22,660 nt of DNA from an uncultured archaeon (GTDB lineage: Archaea > Asgardarchaeota > Lokiarchaeia > Sigyniarchaeales > SOKP01), in NCBI GenBank assembly GCA_964447495.1, contig CAYUTF010000054.1, positions 1 to 22,660 of the forward strand. Reading direction: 5' to 3'. Made by a program: the position numbers and the translations under genes. Below the pieces are notes generated by a model. It had not been told where the DNA came from and searched no databases. It worked only from the letters and a program-made list of their open reading frames with translations. Below, piece by piece: positions 17,491 through 22,660 of the stretch. The first letter of the stretch is position 1. Each line of letters opens with the position of its first letter.

Positions 17491-17735
17491 ATATTGTTAA
17501 CCGTTGGATAAAAAAGCGGTTAAGAATATATTATCAATTCAAAATTCATCAGAGTGAATAAAATGAATAAATTCAAAACGCTTTTAATATTGCTATCCGC
17601 ACTAAGCGTAATCTCATTTGGATTATTCATAACATCTTCAGGATTAGGGGGCTGGGGCCCTCCTGGAAGTGTTATGCCATAAATTTAAATGATGATTTAC
17701 AATAATAAAAAAGATGGCAATAAAACTAATATTTT
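17491..17735 (+). ncRNA. candidate structured non-coding RNA
   Basis: Several hairpins in a 438-nt gap between convergent genes, including a long GC-rich stem at 17628-17676; TATA-like TTTAAATA near 17470 and a T-tract at 17732-17762. Confidence 0.35.
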
Positions 17736-17798
17736 TTCTTTTTTTATTTTATTGATTTTTTCATCCTTATAATTTAAAACCAAATTATAAAAAACCAA

Positions 17799-18230
17799 TT
17801 ATACTATTTTTTCACATTCATTATTAATTGCTTTCATTGTGCTGTTAAAATCTTGCCACCAATCTTGCCCTTGTTGAGCTACTAACATAGCATCTATTTT
17901 ATGCGTATCTAAGCATCGAATTTCATTCTTTTGAGCTTTTATCTTCTCTTGCCAAAGTTGACTGAAAATATTTTGTAGATTGATTTTTACTTTTTTCACT
18001 AACTCCTCGTAGGTTACACTTACATCTTCCTTCTTTTGGAGTTTCTGAAGTTGTTCAAATTTAATTTTTTCTTTAGCTCTATTTAAATCGCTACAATTAA
18101 TTAGAACCGTAAAAGGTTCATTTTTACCGTACTTACAATATTTTTGAATCTCACAAGGGGAACAATACTTTTCAAAACTAATATTAAAATCCTCCAGACC
18201 TACTATCGAGTAATTTAATATATTTGGCAT
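17799..18230 (-). CDS. hypothetical cysteine-motif protein, possibly metal binding
   Basis: CSPCEIQKYC...NC cluster plus two further Cys; 143 aa. Confidence 0.75.
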   Translation of the reverse strand: MPNILNYSIVGLEDFNISFEKYCSPCEIQKYCKYGKNEPFTVLINCSDLNRAKEKIKFEQLQKLQKKEDVSVTYEELVKKVKINLQNIFSQLWQEKIKAQKNEIRCLDTHKIDAMLVAQQGQDWWQDFNSTMKAINNECEKIV

Positions 18231-18519
18231 AGAAATTATCTTTAAATTATTTTTATAAAAATTATAGCCTTTAAAATATTAATACTTAAGGCTAAAGAAG
18301 ACAAAAATTTTTTAACCATATTTTCGTTAATTCATGAGCGCCTTATGAAATTGTTATAACCTGGATTCAATATTTTAAAAACAATATGGGGAGCTTTTAG
18401 ATGAATTTCTAGCATTTTTTTTCCACTCTTAAGAATTTATAGTTTCCAATCAATTGTGATTCCAATCTGCTAATCCTTGGGACACTCCTCATTTAAAAGA
18501 GAAATTTATAAATCATATA

Positions 18520-19841
18520 TTGGAAAAGTATAAAGACATAAGGCAAGAAGAGATGTTCCAAGATAACCATAGTGGTCCAAATCTCAGTGAAATAAAAAAA
18601 CAATTCATCAGAAATTATGTAATGGATTTATTGGGGAATGATCCGATAAATTGTTATAAAGACATCATAAATGATAAGAAATTTGGATCCTTACGTTCTA
18701 TTTCAGAGCGTCTAAATATTTCAAGGCCAACACTTAGAATGTATATTTCGACTTGGTTGGAATTATTGTATGGGAAAAAAGCAGTAAATGATATTATGAA
18801 ATTATTTTGGCAAGAGAAATCTGCCAGACAAAGAGAGAAAATTAAATTTTATGAAATTATTCAAAAATATATTAGGCTGTTTCCTGAGAGAACTTCTTTG
18901 ATTCCAACGAGGAATGCCTTATTAAACGGTGAATTGCGAAGAATAATAAGCAAAAATATATTTAAACTATGGTTAATAGATTATCTCGTTCAAACTAAAT
19001 TATTTAGTCTTGATAAAGCAAATGCAATTTATGATGCAATTTGGGGTAAAAATTGTGCTAAACGAAGAAAGATTGAATACGAGGATATTAAAGACTTTAT
19101 TCATCAACGAAGTCGTGGAAAAGCGATTTTGCTGACTCCTAAAAAAAATTTGACTCTATGCTCGATTACCCTACAGAGAGGTATATTAAAATATCATGCA
19201 GAAAAGGGCATGCATTTACGATCCAAGTAAGAAAATTAATTTATGATTATCATTGGTGTCCATACTGCAATGAGTATTTCTGCGAAATTTTATTAAGATT
19301 TTATCTAGAACAGCTTTTTAAGAAAAATTTTGAAATTCAAGTCTCACTTAATAAGGCTTGTGGAATTGAAAGAGACAAAGTGACTGTCAAAACAATAGAA
19401 ATTGAAGACAACAAATACATTATTCGTGTATTTGCTGGACAATTGCGATACGATCATTTTTGTGCTAATATTTATTTGACTGGGAATAATGGAGTCACTT
19501 ATACATTTGTTGTCGCTGGAGAATATGATGGAATTTATCATGATGAAGAAGATATAAGTCAAAATCCTTTTTGTGATGATATGGGGGAGTTTGCTTCTAT
19601 AAAAGCAAGAGATTCCGTTAAAAATGATATCTCATATAGAAAAAAAGTAATTTTAATAAGATTAAAAGAAAAGGATGGTTTCAATCAAAAAAAATTATTA
19701 CATAACCAAAAAGAGGTATTTAAAGAAATTGCAAAGCAATTTAATAAGCAAGTTAAAGATTTATTTGGCTTTAATGATGTTCGAATAAAATATGACCCAT
19801 ATTTGAGATTTGATCCTTTTGGTGAAAAAAAATCATATTGA
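18520..19841 (+). pseudogene. HTH + zinc-ribbon + Vsr/DUF559-like endonuclease, split by a -1 frameshift
   Basis: ORF1 has HTH SLRSISERLNISRPTLRMYI. ORF2 (-1 frame) has CRKGH...WCPYC, LRYD, GEYDGIYH, RDSVKN..VILIRL. The frames join at the A8 run 19141-19148. Confidence 0.7.
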
Positions 19842-19973
19842 TTAAAGGGTTCATTAGATGAGTTCTTATAAATGTAATGTCTATTAGATTTTCAAAAAAT
19901 TTTTTAGCTATTCACTATAAAAATTAATTAATAAAACAATATTTAATAATAATTATTTCAAAAGCTAAAAATT

Positions 19974-19987
19974 AAAACTTATATATA
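19974..19987 (+). promoter_or_regulatory. BRE/TATA promoter of the tRNA gene
   Basis: AAAAC-TTATATA about 25 nt upstream of the tRNA 5' end. Confidence 0.55.
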
Positions 19988-20010
19988 CTAAAATCTTCTA
20001 TTCTTTGTAT

Positions 20011-20127
20011 GGGAAAGTGGCTTGGGAGAGAGGATGTTTTCTTTCGAAATTTCTCTTCAGTGGCTTAGCCTGGTATAGCGCACGGCTGATAACCGTGAGG
20101 TCGGGGGTTCGAAGCCCCCCTTTCCCA
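20011..20127 (+). tRNA. tRNA-Ile(GAT) with a 43-nt insertion in the acceptor/D-stem region
   Basis: Acceptor GGGAAAG (20011-17)/CTTTCCC (20120-26), discriminator A, D arm GCTTAGCCTGGTATAGC, anticodon arm CACGG-CTGATAA-CCGTG, T arm GGGGG-TTCGAAG-CCCCC; no encoded CCA. Confidence 0.9.
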
Positions 20128-20256
20128 TTATAAAAAAAATTGAAGAGCTTATAAAAGTTAATAAGCATTTTAAAATATTAAAGCAAATGATTAAATCTCA
20201 TTTTCTCCTTTCATGATTATTATTTGAGACAATAAAACTTTAAAATGTTGTTGTAA

Positions 20257-20850
20257 ATGAAATTTATAATAATTTCTGGAACGCCAGGAACTGGAAAAAC
20301 AACTATTTCAAATCATTTATGCAAATTCATTAATGCGAGTATAGTTTCACTTAACAAATTAATTATTGAAGAAAATTATATATTAGAGTATGATATTGAA
20401 AGAGAGACTTCTGTAATTGATGAAATAAAATTACTCGAAAATTTAGATTCAATTATAAATAAATACAAAAGTAGTTCAATTGAATATCTTATCATTGAGG
20501 GCCACTTTTCTGAAATAATTCCAGAAGACTATATTAATTATGTAATTATACTGAGATGTCATCCAGATGAGTTATTTAACCGATTATATACGAGAGGTTA
20601 TAAAAAAGAAAAAATAATTGAAAATGTTCAATCTGAAATTTTAGGTACTTGTGTTAGCTATTTTATTGAAAAGAAATTACAATTGCCTTTATATGAAATA
20701 GATACAACCGATTCCGATATAGATGATATTAGTAAAATAATCCTTAATATAATTAACGAGAATGAGAATATGAGTTATTTTTATGTAGGTAAAATTGACT
20801 GGCTTGAAAAATTATCAAATCAAGATCGATTAAATGAATTTTTTGAATAA
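20257..20850 (+). CDS. archaeal adenylate kinase family protein (AK6/Fap7 type)
   Basis: GTPGTGKTT, IIEGH motif, LRCHPDELFNRL..RGY..EKI.EN..SEILG. Confidence 0.9.
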   Translation: MKFIIISGTPGTGKTTISNHLCKFINASIVSLNKLIIEENYILEYDIERETSVIDEIKLLENLDSIINKYKSSSIEYLIIEGHFSEIIPEDYINYVIILRCHPDELFNRLYTRGYKKEKIIENVQSEILGTCVSYFIEKKLQLPLYEIDTTDSDIDDISKIILNIINENENMSYFYVGKIDWLEKLSNQDRLNEFFE

Positions 20851-20872
20851 TCTATTTAAATGAGATAATTTA

Positions 20873-22522
20873 ATGAAATTTGAAATAATTGATGTGGATG
20901 GGTTAGGTCGTTTAGGAAAAATTAGGGTAAATAATAGAGAAATGACAACTCCAAATTTATTTCCCGTAGTTCATCCGTTCAATAATTCTGTTTCTATATT
21001 AGAATTAGAAAAAATAGGTGCACAATGTATTTTCACTAATTCTTTTATTCTTTATCAAAATGAAAATCTAAGAGAAAAGGTCCGAAAAGAAGGAATTCAT
21101 AATCATCTTAATTTTAATGGAATTGTTGCTACTGATAGCGGAGCATTTCAACAATATTTCTATGATAATCAACAATTTAGTATAGATTCTGAAACAATTG
21201 AAAAATTCCAAGAAGATATAGAATCTGATTTTCCAGTTATATTAGATCTTCCTGTACAAATAAATGATGATTATTATACTGCAAAAGAAAAAGTCAATCT
21301 AACAATTAAAAGAGCTAAAGAAAACATAGTAAGAAGGAAAAGTGAAAAAGCGAATTGGATTGGTCCAATTCATGGCGGTATTTATACGGACTTATTAAGT
21401 AAAAGCGCAATTGAGATGAGCAAATTAGATTTTGCTATATATGCTTTAGGTGGGCTTGTAAAAATGTTTTTAGATTATAGATTCGAACTACCAGTTAAAA
21501 TGTTATTAACTGTTAAAAAAAATATCACTCCAAATAAGCCAATCCACATGTTTGGTTTAGGTTTACCTCAATTTTTTTCTCTTGCCGTTGCTTGTGGATG
21601 TGATCTTATGGATTCTGCTGCTTATATATTATATGCCAAGGAAAATCGGTATTTTACACTTTCAACAGGAACCAAAAATCTCAATGAATTAGAAGAATTT
21701 CCATGTAATTGTCCTATATGTTCAAATTATACGCCAAACGATTTGAAAGAATTTGATAAAGATTTAAGAATTAAATTATTAGCAAAACATAATTTGTATG
21801 TATCATTTTCAGAATTAAAAACTATACGCCAATCGATTAGGGAGGGAAATTTATGGGAATTAGTGGAGCAGAGAGTCCGTTGTCATCCAAATTTAGTTAA
21901 TGCGTTAAGAATGATTAAAGATGACAGATCTTTTTTTGAGAAATATGAAAAGGTATATAAAAATCATGGTAGATTATACTCCTCTGAAGAAAGTCTTTAT
22001 AGACCCCTTATTTTTAGATATCATAAGAAACTAATTAATACTTATCGTGTACCTAAAGAAGTGCTATATCTTTTAATATTACCTGAACTTGATTTAAAAG
22101 GCAAAAATTCACCATCAATAATAAATTGGCTAAACAAATTAGATAGGAATGCAATTATTAATAGACAAGAGATTCATATAGTTTTTAGTTCATATATTTA
22201 TGGAATTGTGCCAATTGAATTAATCGATACCTTTCCACTGGGTCAGTATGAATCTATTGAATTTAATAATTCAAATAGTCTATTAAATAATAATTATAAA
22301 TTGATTATCGAACAATATTTCAAAAAGAATTTTAGTAAGTATCATAAATGTGCTATTTTAATTCCAGATTTCTATTTAGACCAATATAAACAAAAAATAA
22401 AGTTTTCAGAGCATAATGTTATAAATTCACTCAAATCGATCATTAGTCCCTTTTATAAATCAAATCTCGCAGTTTTTAAGGAGATAGATTCAGTATTGAA
22501 TTTTTTTAAAGGGGATGAGTAA
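20873..22522 (+). CDS. tgtA: tRNA-guanine(15) transglycosylase (archaeosine TGT)
   Basis: TPNLFPV, TDSGAFQ, HMFGLG, GCDLMDSAAY, zinc site CNCPIC..HN, EGNLWELVEQR..HP. Confidence 0.95.
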   Translation: MKFEIIDVDGLGRLGKIRVNNREMTTPNLFPVVHPFNNSVSILELEKIGAQCIFTNSFILYQNENLREKVRKEGIHNHLNFNGIVATDSGAFQQYFYDNQQFSIDSETIEKFQEDIESDFPVILDLPVQINDDYYTAKEKVNLTIKRAKENIVRRKSEKANWIGPIHGGIYTDLLSKSAIEMSKLDFAIYALGGLVKMFLDYRFELPVKMLLTVKKNITPNKPIHMFGLGLPQFFSLAVACGCDLMDSAAYILYAKENRYFTLSTGTKNLNELEEFPCNCPICSNYTPNDLKEFDKDLRIKLLAKHNLYVSFSELKTIRQSIREGNLWELVEQRVRCHPNLVNALRMIKDDRSFFEKYEKVYKNHGRLYSSEESLYRPLIFRYHKKLINTYRVPKEVLYLLILPELDLKGKNSPSIINWLNKLDRNAIINRQEIHIVFSSYIYGIVPIELIDTFPLGQYESIEFNNSNSLLNNNYKLIIEQYFKKNFSKYHKCAILIPDFYLDQYKQKIKFSEHNVINSLKSIISPFYKSNLAVFKEIDSVLNFFKGDE

Positions 22523-22527
22523 TCCAT

Positions 22528-22660
22528 ATGATACTAGAAAAAATATTTGCTTATGGTCATGAAAATATTAGCTGCACTCATCATAGCACAATTGAAATAA
22601 CAAAGGAATCCTCTATTACACAAAAAGGAACATGTATTTTAGGAGTTAAAGCAACTAAAG
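22528..22660 (+). CDS. DUF371 family protein (runs off the window)
   Basis: MILEKIFAYGHENISCTHHSTIEITKESSITQKGTCILGVKA matches the GH.N..TH..T.EITKE...T..G.CI.GV pattern. Confidence 0.8.
   Translation, partial: MILEKIFAYGHENISCTHHSTIEITKESSITQKGTCILGVKATK

Noticed and set aside
17361-17798. RNase P RNA, SRP RNA, TPP riboswitch or C/D RNA in this gap
   Set aside because: No P4-type GAGGAA/ACAGAA motifs, SRP helix 8 or CTGAGA motif; ATGATGA at 17689-95 has no downstream box D.
19344-19562. - strand 72-aa ORF
   Set aside because: Antisense to the nuclease domain.
1-22660. CRISPR array, integrase, transposase or att duplication of the tRNA 3' end
   Set aside because: None seen in the window.

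Overview
AT-rich archaeal chromosomal window, most consistent with an Asgard archaeon (Lokiarchaeia-like). This is inferred from rpl15e, RNase P Rpp30/Pop5, archaeosine TGT, an AK6-type kinase and a longin/uDENN-like eukaryotic-signature protein. Main genes in order: an unusually long SMC ATPase, a degenerate Cdc6/Orc1 paralog, nitrilase, HAD hydrolase, longin-winged-helix protein, wHTH, DUF2095, rpl15e, an opposite-strand SDR / TPP-enzyme / marker-16 (DUF39-ferredoxin) block, rpp30-pop5, three hypotheticals, a frameshifted HTH-Zn-ribbon-Vsr-like nuclease, tRNA-Ile(GAT), adenylate kinase, tgtA and a truncated DUF371. Best leads: (1) the SMC has intact head motifs but no recognisable hinge or zinc hook; its apex is a duplicated helical unit and its arms carry ~90/97-aa repeats; (2) an unannotated box C/D guide RNA whose D guide fits the 23S P-loop Gm2251 site; (3) a tRNA-Ile interrupted at a non-canonical position by a 43-nt hairpin insert flanked by an 8-nt direct repeat. 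All family calls come from motif recognition by eye, not from database searches.
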